Shown: positions 35,542-45,347 of the stretch, one piece after another
Position numbering within the stretch: the stretch's first letter is position 1
Layout: each line of letters opens with the position of its first letter
Assembly (NCBI GenBank): GCA_013152275.1
Contig: JAADGS010000090.1
Coordinates: forward strand, 62,001-108,827
Direction: 5' to 3'
DNA length: 46,827 nucleotides
From: Actinomycetota bacterium
Lineage (GTDB): Bacteria; Actinomycetota; Acidimicrobiia; Spongiisociales; UBA4744
The notes under the pieces: model-generated
What the model was told of the DNA's origin: nothing
Seen by the model: only the letters and a program-made list of their open reading frames with translations
Databases searched by the model: none
Made by a program: the position numbers and the translations under genes

Positions 35542-37986
35542 TCAGTCAACCACGATGTTGACGAGTCTCGGTGCCCGAACAACCACCCTGCGAATCATCT
35601 TGCCATCTGTCCAAGAACGAATCCGCTCCGACGCAAAGGCAACCTTTTCTGCCTCTTCCTCGGTGATGTCTGCAGGCACCCGAGCTCGGTCTCGCACCTT
35701 GCCGTTGATTTGGATGACCATGGTGATGACATCCTCGACGATCAGGGCAGGATCGAACTGTGGCCACGCTTCGGTGGCGAGCATCGTCTCATGCCCGGTC
35801 AGCTCCCACAGCTCGTGGGCCGCGTGCGGAGCCATCGGTGCGAGCATCTGCAGCAGTAGTCCGTAGACCTCGTCGAAGGTCTCTTTCCGCGCTCCGCTGC
35901 GAACGTAGGCGAGAAGAGCGTTGTTGAACTCCATGAGCGCCGCCACACCCGTGTTGAACGCGAATCGGTCGATGTCACCGGTGACCTTGGCCAGCGTACG
36001 GTGGGCTGTCTGACGGATCGCGAGGTCTGCCGGTGCCGGTTCCCTGGTTTCGAAGGAAGTCGTCTCGGTGCCGAGACGCCACACCCGGTCGAGGAACCGG
36101 GCCGTCCCTTCGACACCCCGATCGTTCCACACCGCGTCGTCGGTCGGCGGTCCGATGAACAGCTCGTACAGGCGGATGGCGTCGGCGCCATACCGCTCGT
36201 AGTACGGGTCCGGAGCGACGACATTCCCCTTCGATTTGGACATCTTCGCGCCGTCTTTGGTGAGCATTCCCTGCGTGAACAAAGCTGTGAACGGCTCCTG
36301 GAATCCGACCATGCCGAGGTCGTACAGCACCTTGGTGAAGAACCGGGCGTAGAGCAGGTGCAGCACGGCATGCTCGACTCCACCGATGTACTGGTCGATC
36401 GGCATCCAGTAGTCGACCCTGTCGCGGGCAAATGGCAGCGCGTCGTTGTGCGGATCGGTGTAGCGGAGGAAATACCAGGATGAATCGACGAACGTGTCCA
36501 TCGTGTCCGTCTCCCGTTCCGCGGGACCGCCACAGGACGGACAGGTCGTGTTCACGAAGTCGGGGTCGGCAGCCAGTGGCGATCGGCCTTTGGGTGCGTA
36601 GTCCTCGATGTCGGGCAGGAGCACCGGCAGCTCCTCGTCCGGTACGGGTACGGCGCCACAGGAAGGGCAGTGGACGATCGGGATCGGTGCCCCCCAGTAC
36701 CGCTGCCGGCTGATCAGCCAATCGCGCAGGCGAAGTTGCACGGACGCCTTGCCGATGCCCTGCTCTTCCAGCCACGCGGTGACGGCCGGTTTCCCCTCTT
36801 CGGGAGCACGCAGCCCGTCGAACGGCCCGCTGTTGACCATGACGCCGTCGCCCGTGTAGGCCTCGTCGAGATCGGAGCCGTCCCACTCTGGTGGTGCGAT
36901 CACGACAGGGATCGGCAGGCCGTGCACTTTGGCGAAAGCGAAATCACGGGTGTCGTGGGCGGGGACCGCCATGATCGCCCCGGTGCCGTAGGACATGAGA
37001 ACGTAGTCGGCGATGAAGATCGGCACCTTCTGACCGTTGGCCGGATTGATCGCGTTGGCACCCACGAATATGCCCCGCTTCTCACCATCCTTCGAGAGGC
37101 GCTCCACTTCACTTTCGCGTCGCACAAGATCGACGAACGCACGTACCTCCGCTTCATGCTCCGTGCCCCGCGCCAGCTCTTCGACGAGCGGGTGCTCCGG
37201 GGCGACCACGACGAACGTCATCCCGAAGATGGTGTCCGGTCGAGTCGTGTACACGGAGAACGCCAGGTCGGGCCGCCCCGCGACCTGCATGGTGAACTCG
37301 GCCCCCTCGGACCGCCCAATCCAGTTCTCCTGCATGGTCCGGACACGTTCCGGCCATCGATCGAGCGTCGCCAGGTCGTCGAGCAGACGCTGCGCGTAGT
37401 CGGTGATCTTGAAGAACCATTGATCCAGGTCACGATGCTCGACCGGGGTACCACAGCGTTCGCACACCCCGTCGACGACCTGCTCATTGGCCAGCACCGT
37501 CTGATCTTTCGGACACCAATTGACCGGTGCATTCTTCTTGTAGGCAAGACCCCGTTCAAAAAAGCGCAGGAACAGCCACTGGGTCCATCGGTAGTACTCG
37601 GGCGTGTGAGCGGCGACTTCCCGATCCCAGTCGTAGACCGCGCCGAGGCGCTTGAGCTGCTCGGTCATCTTTACGATCCGCTGTTCGGTGAACACCCGCG
37701 GATGAACCCCCGTCTGGATGGCAGCGTTCTCCGCCGGCAGCCCGAACGAATCCCAACCCATGGGGGCGAGGACGTTGCGCCCACGCATCTTCTGGTAGCG
37801 GGTCAGCAGGTCGGTGTACGTGTAGTTCCGCAGATGCCCCATGTGGAGATCACCCGACGGGTAGGGGTACATCTGCACGTTATAGAACTTGGGCCTCGGA
37901 TCATCATCGTCTGCGCTGAAGACCCGATCTTCCTCCCACCGCTCCTGCCACTTGTGTTCGACTGTTACGAAATCGTACGACGCCAT
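35542..37986 (-). CDS. leuS: Leucine--tRNA ligase
   Basis: PYPSGDLHMGH, MGWDSFGLPAENAA, YGTGAIMAVPAHD, WLISRQRYWG, YIGGVEHA and KMSKSKGN. Confidence 0.98.
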   Translation of the reverse strand: MASYDFVTVEHKWQERWEEDRVFSADDDDPRPKFYNVQMYPYPSGDLHMGHLRNYTYTDLLTRYQKMRGRNVLAPMGWDSFGLPAENAAIQTGVHPRVFTEQRIVKMTEQLKRLGAVYDWDREVAAHTPEYYRWTQWLFLRFFERGLAYKKNAPVNWCPKDQTVLANEQVVDGVCERCGTPVEHRDLDQWFFKITDYAQRLLDDLATLDRWPERVRTMQENWIGRSEGAEFTMQVAGRPDLAFSVYTTRPDTIFGMTFVVVAPEHPLVEELARGTEHEAEVRAFVDLVRRESEVERLSKDGEKRGIFVGANAINPANGQKVPIFIADYVLMSYGTGAIMAVPAHDTRDFAFAKVHGLPIPVVIAPPEWDGSDLDEAYTGDGVMVNSGPFDGLRAPEEGKPAVTAWLEEQGIGKASVQLRLRDWLISRQRYWGAPIPIVHCPSCGAVPVPDEELPVLLPDIEDYAPKGRSPLAADPDFVNTTCPSCGGPAERETDTMDTFVDSSWYFLRYTDPHNDALPFARDRVDYWMPIDQYIGGVEHAVLHLLYARFFTKVLYDLGMVGFQEPFTALFTQGMLTKDGAKMSKSKGNVVAPDPYYERYGADAIRLYELFIGPPTDDAVWNDRGVEGTARFLDRVWRLGTETTSFETREPAPADLAIRQTAHRTLAKVTGDIDRFAFNTGVAALMEFNNALLAYVRSGARKETFDEVYGLLLQMLAPMAPHAAHELWELTGHETMLATEAWPQFDPALIVEDVITMVIQINGKVRDRARVPADITEEEAEKVAFASERIRSWTDGKMIRRVVVRAPRLVNIVVD

Positions 37987-38084
37987 CTCACTCCTCCGGA
38001 GCAGGCAGCGTACCAGTGAGCAGACCTCCCGCCGCTCTGCCCGGTCTGCGCCAACGTACGGTGTTGGCTTTTCCCGGACCCCCA

Positions 38085-38109
38085 GGTATCTGACACGGCG
38101 TCAATTACC
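38085..38109. promoter_or_regulatory. Imperfect palindrome GGTA-TC-TGAC-ACGGC-GTCA-AT-TACC in the divergent leuS/feoA intergenic region (putative regulator site)
   Basis: Symmetric inner (TGAC/GTCA) and outer (GGTA/TACC) arms, about 20 nt upstream of TACCAT (38129-38134). Confidence 0.45.
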
Positions 38110-38145
38110 CGCCATACCGGCGGTCTTCTACCATTGAAGGCTCCA

Positions 38146-38607
38146 ATGAGTCCCGACCTCATACAACCACTGACCATCTGTCGCATCCGGTCCCTGAGCG
38201 AAGAGAATGGCCTCTCCACCCGTCTCGCCCAGATGGGAATCCTCCCTGGCGTGGAACTGCAGATCGTGCGCACCGGCCCCTTCGGCGGTGCGGTCGAAGT
38301 CGCCCTCGATCATGGTGATCTGGTGGCACTCCGATCCGATGAGATCGCGGCGATGGACTGCGATATCGTGGCCATGCCGCTCACGTCCGTGGCCGTCACG
38401 CAAAGAAGCTATCGCATCATGTCGCTGGCGGGAGGCAACGGTTTCCGAAGACGTATGGGGGAACTCGGCCTGACCGAAGGCGCCCGTATCGATGTGCTGG
38501 CAACGCACCCGGCGATCCTCGTGCGGGTGACCGGAGAGCCGGTTCGACTGGGTCGAGGCGAGGCGGACAAGATCGTGGTCGAAGAGGCCTCCGATGGCCC
38601 ACCGTGA
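38146..38607 (+). CDS. feoA: Ferrous iron transport protein A (tandem FeoA domains)
   Basis: RLAQMGILPG...PFGGAV...VALRSDE and RRMGELGLTEG...VRLGRGEA. Overlaps the feoB start. Start is ATG 38146 or TTG 38134. Confidence 0.88.
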   Translation: MSPDLIQPLTICRIRSLSEENGLSTRLAQMGILPGVELQIVRTGPFGGAVEVALDHGDLVALRSDEIAAMDCDIVAMPLTSVAVTQRSYRIMSLAGGNGFRRRMGELGLTEGARIDVLATHPAILVRVTGEPVRLGRGEADKIVVEEASDGPP

Positions 38608-40600
38608 GGTATCGGTTGCACTCGCAGCAATTCCCAACACCGGCAAGACAACACTGTTCAATCGCCTGACCGGCTCGAATCGGAAAGTCGGCAACTGGCC
38701 AGGAGTGTCCATTCAGAAGGCGGTCGGACACTTCACTCTCGGCGAATACGACGTCAAGCTCATCGATCTTCCTGGTGCCTACTCGATCACCCCGACCTCG
38801 GAAGAGGAACGCATCGTCCGTGACTTCTTCCTCAGTGACCCTCCCGAAGTGATCCTCAACATTCTCGACGCTCGCAACCTGTATCGCGGGTTGGGGTTCA
38901 CCCTCCAGATGAGCCACAGCGGTCTCCCGATGGTCGTGGCCGTCAACATGATGGATGAAGCCAGGCGTGCCGGACTCGATCTCGATCTGGAGGTACTCGG
39001 AGAGCATCTCGGCTGTCCGGTGATCCCGGTCGTCGCCAGAACCGGTGAGGGCCTCCCCTCCCTCAGGCAGGCGCTGTACGAGACGATCCGGAATCCGGAA
39101 CAGGCCCGCCCACCCCACGTGTCGTGGCCACCGGTGGTGGAAGCCGCGGTCGCCGATCTCGCCCGCGAGATCGAACGCAAGGCAGGACCGACCGATCTCG
39201 ACGAGGGATTCCTCGCCCTGCGCGTCTTGGAAGGCGACACCGTCCCGCCTCTCGAAGATCACCCTGCAATGGCCGAGATCCGGGCCAGTGCCGCCGAGTG
39301 GCGAAATCGTGTCGAAGAGACCACCGGCGCCAAGATACCGGCGGTCTGCGCACAGTGCCGTTTCAACTCGGCCCGTGGCCTGGTCCTCGAGGCGACTCAG
39401 CGCAAACCTCCGCTTCCGGACGCTCTGAGCGAGAAACTGGATCGGGTGCTCCTGCACCGGTGGCTCGGTCTCCCTCTCTTCGCGGTGATCATGCTGATCG
39501 TCTTCCAAGGTGTCTACGCCCTGGGAACACCCTTGCAGTCCTGGCTTGCCTCGCTCTTCTCCCTCATCGGAGACGGACTGTCCCAAGTGATGTCGGGCCT
39601 CCCACAGCTCCTGCGCTCGTTCATCGTCAGCGGCCTCTGGGAAGGCCTCGCGACCGTCGCCTCCTTCTTCCCGATCATCCTGCTCTTCTTTCTGTTCATG
39701 TCCATCATCGAGGACTCCGGCTACATGGCCCGTGCCGCGTTCTTGATGGACCGGCTCATGCACCGTCTCGGCCTCGACGGCAAAGGGTTCATCAACCTGC
39801 TGCTCGGCTACGGCTGCAACGTCCCCGCGGTGATGGGCACCCGGGTCCTGTCGGGGAAGCACAACCGGATCCGGGCCATGCTGCTGATCCCGTTCACCCT
39901 GTGCAGCGCCCGACTGCAGGTCTTCGTGTTCCTCTCCGCCATTCTGTTCTCGCCGCACGTCGCTCCATGGGTTGTGTTCGCCCTCTATCTCGGCAGCTTC
40001 GGTGCGGTCATCGGAGTCGGGCTGCTCCTCAAGGTGCTACAGATCGCCGGTCCACCGGAACCGTTCATCATGGAGATCCCCCCGTATCGTCTCCCGACGG
40101 CGCGGACGGTCGGCCTGCGTGCCGGGTACGAGGTCAAGGACTTCCTGTACCGGGCCGGCACCATGATCACCATCGGAGTCGTCATCGTCTGGCTGCTGAC
40201 GAACCTTCCACCGGGAGTCGACGTCGCAGGGCCGACGAGCTACGCGGGCATCCTTGGTCGGGTATTCGAGCCCCTCTTCCATCCCCTCGGCATCGGATGG
40301 CAGGAGACCGTGGCGCTGCTCTTCGGTTTCATCGCCAAGGAGATCGTCATCGGTGCCTTCGCCCTCATCTACGGTGGCGATCTCACCACACAGATCGCCG
40401 CCAACATCACCGCCCTTCAGGGCATCTCCTTCATGGTGTTCACGCTGCTCTACACACCATGTGTGGCAACGATTGCCGCCATACGGGCCGAAGCCCGCTC
40501 GTGGAAGGTCGCCGCCGGCGCACTGGGACTGGGTCTCGTCATCGCTTGGCTCGCAGCATTTCTCGTCTATCAGGGCGGGCGTCTGCTCGGCTTCTCGTAG
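38594..40600 (+). CDS. feoB: Ferrous iron transport protein B
   Basis: PNTGKTTLFN, VGNWPGV, IDLPGAYS, NMMDE, EDSGYMARAAFLMD, GYGCNVPA, PFIMEIPPYRLP and LLYTPCVAT. Confidence 0.96.
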   Translation: MAHREVSVALAAIPNTGKTTLFNRLTGSNRKVGNWPGVSIQKAVGHFTLGEYDVKLIDLPGAYSITPTSEEERIVRDFFLSDPPEVILNILDARNLYRGLGFTLQMSHSGLPMVVAVNMMDEARRAGLDLDLEVLGEHLGCPVIPVVARTGEGLPSLRQALYETIRNPEQARPPHVSWPPVVEAAVADLAREIERKAGPTDLDEGFLALRVLEGDTVPPLEDHPAMAEIRASAAEWRNRVEETTGAKIPAVCAQCRFNSARGLVLEATQRKPPLPDALSEKLDRVLLHRWLGLPLFAVIMLIVFQGVYALGTPLQSWLASLFSLIGDGLSQVMSGLPQLLRSFIVSGLWEGLATVASFFPIILLFFLFMSIIEDSGYMARAAFLMDRLMHRLGLDGKGFINLLLGYGCNVPAVMGTRVLSGKHNRIRAMLLIPFTLCSARLQVFVFLSAILFSPHVAPWVVFALYLGSFGAVIGVGLLLKVLQIAGPPEPFIMEIPPYRLPTARTVGLRAGYEVKDFLYRAGTMITIGVVIVWLLTNLPPGVDVAGPTSYAGILGRVFEPLFHPLGIGWQETVALLFGFIAKEIVIGAFALIYGGDLTTQIAANITALQGISFMVFTLLYTPCVATIAAIRAEARSWKVAAGALGLGLVIAWLAAFLVYQGGRLLGFS

Positions 40601-40705
40601 ATGGGAGGACCGGTAGGCTCGAACCACGTCCCTGTGACTTCGCGCCGCTCCTGACGCGTCCGCCAAGCCGGATCGCGGCCCCGGCCAGGCAGTAGTGTCC
40701 TGACG

Positions 40706-42526
40706 ATGACAGATCCCGCCGATCATCGCCCGCTGACACGCCTTTGGCGCTACGCCGTTGCTCACCGATCGCGCATCGTCGCAGCGACGGTGTTCTCGAT
40801 CCTGAACAAGGCATTCGACCTCGCTCCTCCCGTCCTGATCGGTGTGGCCATCGATGTCGTGGTTCGACGTCAGGATTCCTTCCTCTCCCGATTCGGCTTC
40901 TCAGACACCCGGGAACAGTTGGTCGTGCTGGCGATCTTGACCTTCGTGATCTGGGCACTCGAATCTGCTTTCGAGTACGCGTATGCCGTCACCTGGCGCA
41001 ACCTCGCTCAAGCCATCCAGCACGACCTGCGTGTCGACGGATACGCGCATGTGCAGAAACTGGACCTCGCCTACTTCGAAGACCACTCGACAGGCGGCCT
41101 CATGGCGATCCTCAACAACGACGTCAACCAACTGGAACGGTTCCTCGATGGCGGTGCAAACGACATGCTCCAGGTACTCACGACGGTGGTTCTCATCGGC
41201 GCGATGTTCTTCGCCCTCGCCCCGACCGTCGCCTGGATGGCCTTTCTGCCGATACCGTTCATCCTCTGGGGGTCGTTCCGATTCCAGCAACGCATCGCAC
41301 CACGGTACGCGGAGGTGCGCGAATACGCGGGGATGATCAACCAGCAGCTCTCCAACAATCTCACCGGGATCACCACGATCAAGAGCTTCACCGCAGAAAC
41401 GCGCGAGGAGGAACGCATCGCCGAAGCCAGCCGCCGTTATCAGGAGGCCAACCAGCGGGCGATCAAGCTCAGCTCCGCGTTCTCCCCTCTGATCCGGATC
41501 GTCATCCTCGTCGGGTTCACCGCCACGCTGATCGCAGGCGGCTTCCTCACCCTGCAAGGCGGAATCCAGGTGGGTGCCTACAGCGTGATGGTGTTCCTGA
41601 CCCAGCGACTGCTCTGGCCCCTCACCCGTCTCGGACAAACCTTCGACCTCTACCAGAGAGCGATGGCATCCACGAACCGAATCCTCGACCTTCTCGACAG
41701 TCGGGCGTCGATCGTCGATGGCCCGATGTCGCTGCCGCCGGGGTTGACCGAGAGCCACATCGAGTTCGACCACGTCGAGTTCTCCTACAACCCCGGATTC
41801 CCGGTCATCGACGATTTGAGCATCACGATCCCCGCCGGCCGTACGACCGCGATCGTCGGTGCAACCGGATCGGGCAAGACGACACTCGTCAAGCTCCTCC
41901 TCAGGTTCTACGACGTCACCGGAGGTTCGATCCGCATCGAAGGCCACGAGATTCGCGAGCTCTCCCTGACGTCCTTGCGCCAGGCCATAGGCTTGGTCAG
42001 CCAAGATGTGTACCTGTTCCACGGCACGGTGCGCGAGAACATCGCTTATGGGAAACCGGATGCGACATTCGATGAGATCGTCGCAGCCGCCAGGATCGCG
42101 GAAGCCCATGGTTTCATCCTCGAACTCCCCGACGGGTACGAATCGATCGTCGGTGAGCGCGGGCAGAAGCTGTCTGGTGGCCAGCGTCAGCGGATCTCGA
42201 TTGCCAGAGCCGTCCTGGCCGACCCGCCGATCCTCATCCTCGACGAGGCGACGTCGTCGGTCGACAATGAGACGGAGGCGGCCATCCAGCGATCTCTCGA
42301 GTTGATCACACGGAACCGTACGACGATCGCGATCGCTCATCGGCTCTCGACGATCCGCCACGCCGACCGGATCTTTCTCCTCGACCATGGGCAGGTCGTG
42401 GAGGACGGTTCGCACGATGACCTTCTCTCGATCGATGGGCTCTACGCATCCTTGTGGAAGGTGCAGACCGGACAGGCGGTCGCCTGGCACGTTGATTCCC
42501 GTTCTCGTGACGCTTCACGGGAATAA
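40706..42526 (+). CDS. ABC exporter, fused permease/ATP-binding subunit (MsbA/MdlB-like)
   Basis: Multi-TM domain, then [32 protein letters not shown] and [14 protein letters not shown] lies 7 nt before the ATG. Confidence 0.93.
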   Translation: MTDPADHRPLTRLWRYAVAHRSRIVAATVFSILNKAFDLAPPVLIGVAIDVVVRRQDSFLSRFGFSDTREQLVVLAILTFVIWALESAFEYAYAVTWRNLAQAIQHDLRVDGYAHVQKLDLAYFEDHSTGGLMAILNNDVNQLERFLDGGANDMLQVLTTVVLIGAMFFALAPTVAWMAFLPIPFILWGSFRFQQRIAPRYAEVREYAGMINQQLSNNLTGITTIKSFTAETREEERIAEASRRYQEANQRAIKLSSAFSPLIRIVILVGFTATLIAGGFLTLQGGIQVGAYSVMVFLTQRLLWPLTRLGQTFDLYQRAMASTNRILDLLDSRASIVDGPMSLPPGLTESHIEFDHVEFSYNPGFPVIDDLSITIPAGRTTAIVGATGSGKTTLVKLLLRFYDVTGGSIRIEGHEIRELSLTSLRQAIGLVSQDVYLFHGTVRENIAYGKPDATFDEIVAAARIAEAHGFILELPDGYESIVGERGQKLSGGQRQRISIARAVLADPPILILDEATSSVDNETEAAIQRSLELITRNRTTIAIAHRLSTIRHADRIFLLDHGQVVEDGSHDDLLSIDGLYASLWKVQTGQAVAWHVDSRSRDASRE

Positions 42527-42551
42527 TCCCTTCCGAGCGTCACGAGAAGGG
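42498..42551. repeat. REP-like palindrome, copy 1
   Basis: CCCG-TTCTCGTGACGCT-TCAC-GGGA-ATAA-TCCC-TTCCG-AGCGTCACGAGAA-GGG: 13-bp perfect outer stem plus an inner hairpin. Supplies the stop codon of the ABC gene. Confidence 0.85.
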
Positions 42552-42609
42552 ATGATCGGCCCTCAACTTCCTGCGACAATGTCGGAAACGTCACGGAGGA
42601 GGACAGGAC

Positions 42610-43458
42610 ATGAAGGTTGGGATCGTCGGTTCAGGGCTGATGGGATCCGGGATCGCGGAAGCGTGTGCCCGCGCAGACCTCGACGTGGTCATATCGGAGG
42701 TCAGCGACGAACTCATCACGAAGGGTCGTGCCCGCATCGAGCGCTCACTGGACAGAGCGGTCGAGCGAGGCAAGTTGGAGGCGGCGGACCGAGATACCGT
42801 CCTGGCCAGGATCCGGTTCACTACCGATCTGGCAGACATGCACGATCGACAGATCGTGATCGAGGCCGCCACCGAACACGAGCCCACAAAACTGGGCATC
42901 TTCTCGTCGCTGGACGAGATCGTCGAGGCGACCGACGCGATCCTGGCATCGAACACGTCGTCGATTCCGATTGCGCGACTCGGTCGGGCCACCAAGCGAC
43001 CCGAGTCGGTGATCGGCATCCATTTCTTCAACCCGGTCCCGGTGATGCAACTCGTCGAGGTGACCCCTTCGATTCTGACCTCCAAGGAGACCATTGCCGG
43101 AGCCGACGCGTTCGCCGGGGATGTGCTGGGCAAGAAAGTCATCCACGCCAAGGACCAGGCGGGGTTCATCGTCAATGCGCTGCTTATCCCGATGCTGCTC
43201 AACGCCATCCGCATGGTCGAGTCGGGCCTCGCCACGGCCGAAGAGATCGATACCGGTGTGGTCGAAGGCCTTCGTCACCCGATGGGCCCGCTGACCCTCA
43301 CCGACTTCGTGGGTCTCGATACGACGAAGTACGTTGCGGACGTGCTCTACGAGGAGTTCAAGAACCCCTCGTTTGCAGCTCCACCGTTGCTGGTACGGAT
43401 GGTCGAGGCAGGCCTGCTCGGCAAGAAGAGCGGAAAGGGCTTCTACGACTACTCCTGA
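42610..43458 (+). CDS. 3-hydroxybutyryl-CoA (3-hydroxyacyl-CoA) dehydrogenase
   Basis: GIVGSGLMGSGIA, IEAATE, ILASNTSSI, GIHFFNPVPVM.LVE, HPMGPL.L.D.VGLD and GKKSGKGFY. RBS GGAGGAGG. Confidence 0.94.
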   Translation: MKVGIVGSGLMGSGIAEACARADLDVVISEVSDELITKGRARIERSLDRAVERGKLEAADRDTVLARIRFTTDLADMHDRQIVIEAATEHEPTKLGIFSSLDEIVEATDAILASNTSSIPIARLGRATKRPESVIGIHFFNPVPVMQLVEVTPSILTSKETIAGADAFAGDVLGKKVIHAKDQAGFIVNALLIPMLLNAIRMVESGLATAEEIDTGVVEGLRHPMGPLTLTDFVGLDTTKYVADVLYEEFKNPSFAAPPLLVRMVEAGLLGKKSGKGFYDYS

Positions 43459-43515
43459 CCCGTTCTCGTGACGCTTCGCGGGAATAATCCCGTCGAGACG
43501 TCACGAAAACGAGGG
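43459..43515. repeat. REP-like palindrome, copy 2 (same orientation as 42498)
   Basis: CCCGTTCTCGTGACGCTTCGCGGGAATAATCCCGTCGAGACGTCACGAAAACG. The first 33 bp match copy 1 at 32 positions. Confidence 0.85.
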
Positions 43516-43535
43516 TGGTGGGACCGGCGGAAGGC

Positions 43536-45347
43536 TCACGACTGATAGGTTCGTGGCCGCGCAGAGGCAGATCGATCTCGTGGCTTGCGAATCATCGGAG
43601 CACGCGCGGTGACGGCGGGATTCGGATCGTCGCGTTGCGGTGCCGTCACGGGCAGGGTGAGCTGGAAGATGGTCTCGCCGTCGACAAGCCGGTGAGAAAG
43701 ATCGCCACCCATGCGCTGTGCCAGCATCCGGGAGACGCTCAGGCCGAGTCCGATCGAGTCCGGTCTGCCTGCAGTGGCGTGAGAGTGATAGTACGGCTGG
43801 AAGATCTTCTCCGAGTGTTCGGGCGGTATCCCGGCTCCGTCGTCGATGACCTTGACGGCGAGCATTCCGCCGACCGGCTCGATGACCACTCTGATATTGG
43901 GGCCGCCGTAGGCAACGGCGTTGGTGACGAGATTGCGGATGATCTGGCGAACTCGCCCCGGGTCGGCCACCGCACGAGCGTCAGGGCGAGTGGCCTCGAC
44001 GGGAATCTCGCCGGCCAGGTTGAGCGCTTCGAGGACCTGCGTGGCCTGGGCTCGTAGATCGACCGGCACCGCGACCACCGTGAGCGTTCCGTGCTCCGCC
44101 CTCCCCATCACGAGAAGGTCATCGATGATCGCTGCCAGGTCAGACGCCTCATCGGCTATGGCCGCAGCCATCTCGGCCCGCTCGTCGGGGGAGAGTCTCG
44201 CCGCCTGGTCACGCAGAACTTCGGCGAAACCCAACACACCGGTGAGGGGGGTGCGCAGCTCGTGGGACACACTGGCGATGAACTGGTCCTTGGCGTCGAG
44301 TACCTCGGTCAGCGCCTCCACCTGGCGCATCGCCTCGGATCTGTGCGAGAACGCGTAGACGGCGGCGGCGGCCATCATGGCGATCGCGAGGCCGGCGAGC
44401 AGAATCCAACGGGCCTCGTAGCGGTCGGCCAGGAGGGGTGAGCCGGCCGCGGGTGTCGCGTCGATTTGCCAGATGCGACTGGCCACCTGAATCGTATCGG
44501 TGTGGACCATACCTTCCCTCAAGGGAGGCAGTAGTTGGAGGTGCAGATCGGGCGAATCCGACCCTGTGAGGTTCGGCACCTGATCGGTGATGTCGCGTAC
44601 CGTCCACTCGAGCACGTCGGCGAGGCCGCCCGGTACCCAATCCGACATCAGATCGGCAAGCACAACCGGGCTGGCGACCAGCGCTTCGACCCTTCCCGAC
44701 ATACCCACGACCGGCTTGTAAACGATGAACGCTTCTTGGCCGGTCGTCGCCAACGGCACGAGCGGTGTGGCGACGGTTCTCCCACTCGTGTACGCCTCCA
44801 TCAGGTACGGAAGTCGCCCGGGAGGCGACCCTGCATCGAGACCCTGAGGACGCCCGAGGGCGTCGGACGGCTCAAAGTACTGGATCGGGAAGTACACGTT
44901 CCGGGATTGCACCGGAACCCGGTTCCCCTCGGCATCGATCTCGAACACCCGGTAGCCAGGAACCCTCGCCGCCATCCGCTCCTCGAATGCCCCGAGATCT
45001 GCCCCATGCAGAATCGGCATATAGGCTATTCCCGCCATCCCGGCCTGCAACCCCATGTTGGAGGTGAACCGTCGGTACTCGTCGGCAGTCACGTCCTGGC
45101 TGGCTTGGAACAACCCTCCGAGAGCTGCCAGGTAGTGTTCGACATCCTCGACACCTTCCTGGATCGAGGCGACGAGCGCTTCACCGTTCAACGCCAACCG
45201 GGCCTCGATCTGACGCTCCACGAGCTGTTGAGTCACAACGGTGGCGACCAACGAAAGGACGGCCACCACCATGAAGACCACAATCGCCGGACGCCAGCCG
45301 GGAAGACGCCTCTTCCCCGCGTGCCCTGAACCGCCTCGACTTCTCAC
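43536..45347 (-). CDS. CHASE-domain membrane sensor histidine kinase (no response regulator in the window)
   Basis: TM-CHASE (VTADEYRRF...IAYMP...YFPIQYFEP...GLD)-TM, H-box SVSHELRTPLT, N-box NLVTNA, DDGAGI, IFQPY and GLGL. Confidence 0.88.
   Translation of the reverse strand: MRSRGGSGHAGKRRLPGWRPAIVVFMVVAVLSLVATVVTQQLVERQIEARLALNGEALVASIQEGVEDVEHYLAALGGLFQASQDVTADEYRRFTSNMGLQAGMAGIAYMPILHGADLGAFEERMAARVPGYRVFEIDAEGNRVPVQSRNVYFPIQYFEPSDALGRPQGLDAGSPPGRLPYLMEAYTSGRTVATPLVPLATTGQEAFIVYKPVVGMSGRVEALVASPVVLADLMSDWVPGGLADVLEWTVRDITDQVPNLTGSDSPDLHLQLLPPLREGMVHTDTIQVASRIWQIDATPAAGSPLLADRYEARWILLAGLAIAMMAAAAVYAFSHRSEAMRQVEALTEVLDAKDQFIASVSHELRTPLTGVLGFAEVLRDQAARLSPDERAEMAAAIADEASDLAAIIDDLLVMGRAEHGTLTVVAVPVDLRAQATQVLEALNLAGEIPVEATRPDARAVADPGRVRQIIRNLVTNAVAYGGPNIRVVIEPVGGMLAVKVIDDGAGIPPEHSEKIFQPYYHSHATAGRPDSIGLGLSVSRMLAQRMGGDLSHRLVDGETIFQLTLPVTAPQRDDPNPAVTARAPMIRKPRDRSASARPRTYQS

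Noticed and set aside
38050..38072. GCCAAC/GTTGGC hairpin followed by TTTT, resembling a terminator
   Set aside because: Weak 6-bp stem between divergent genes with no upstream plus-strand gene to terminate.
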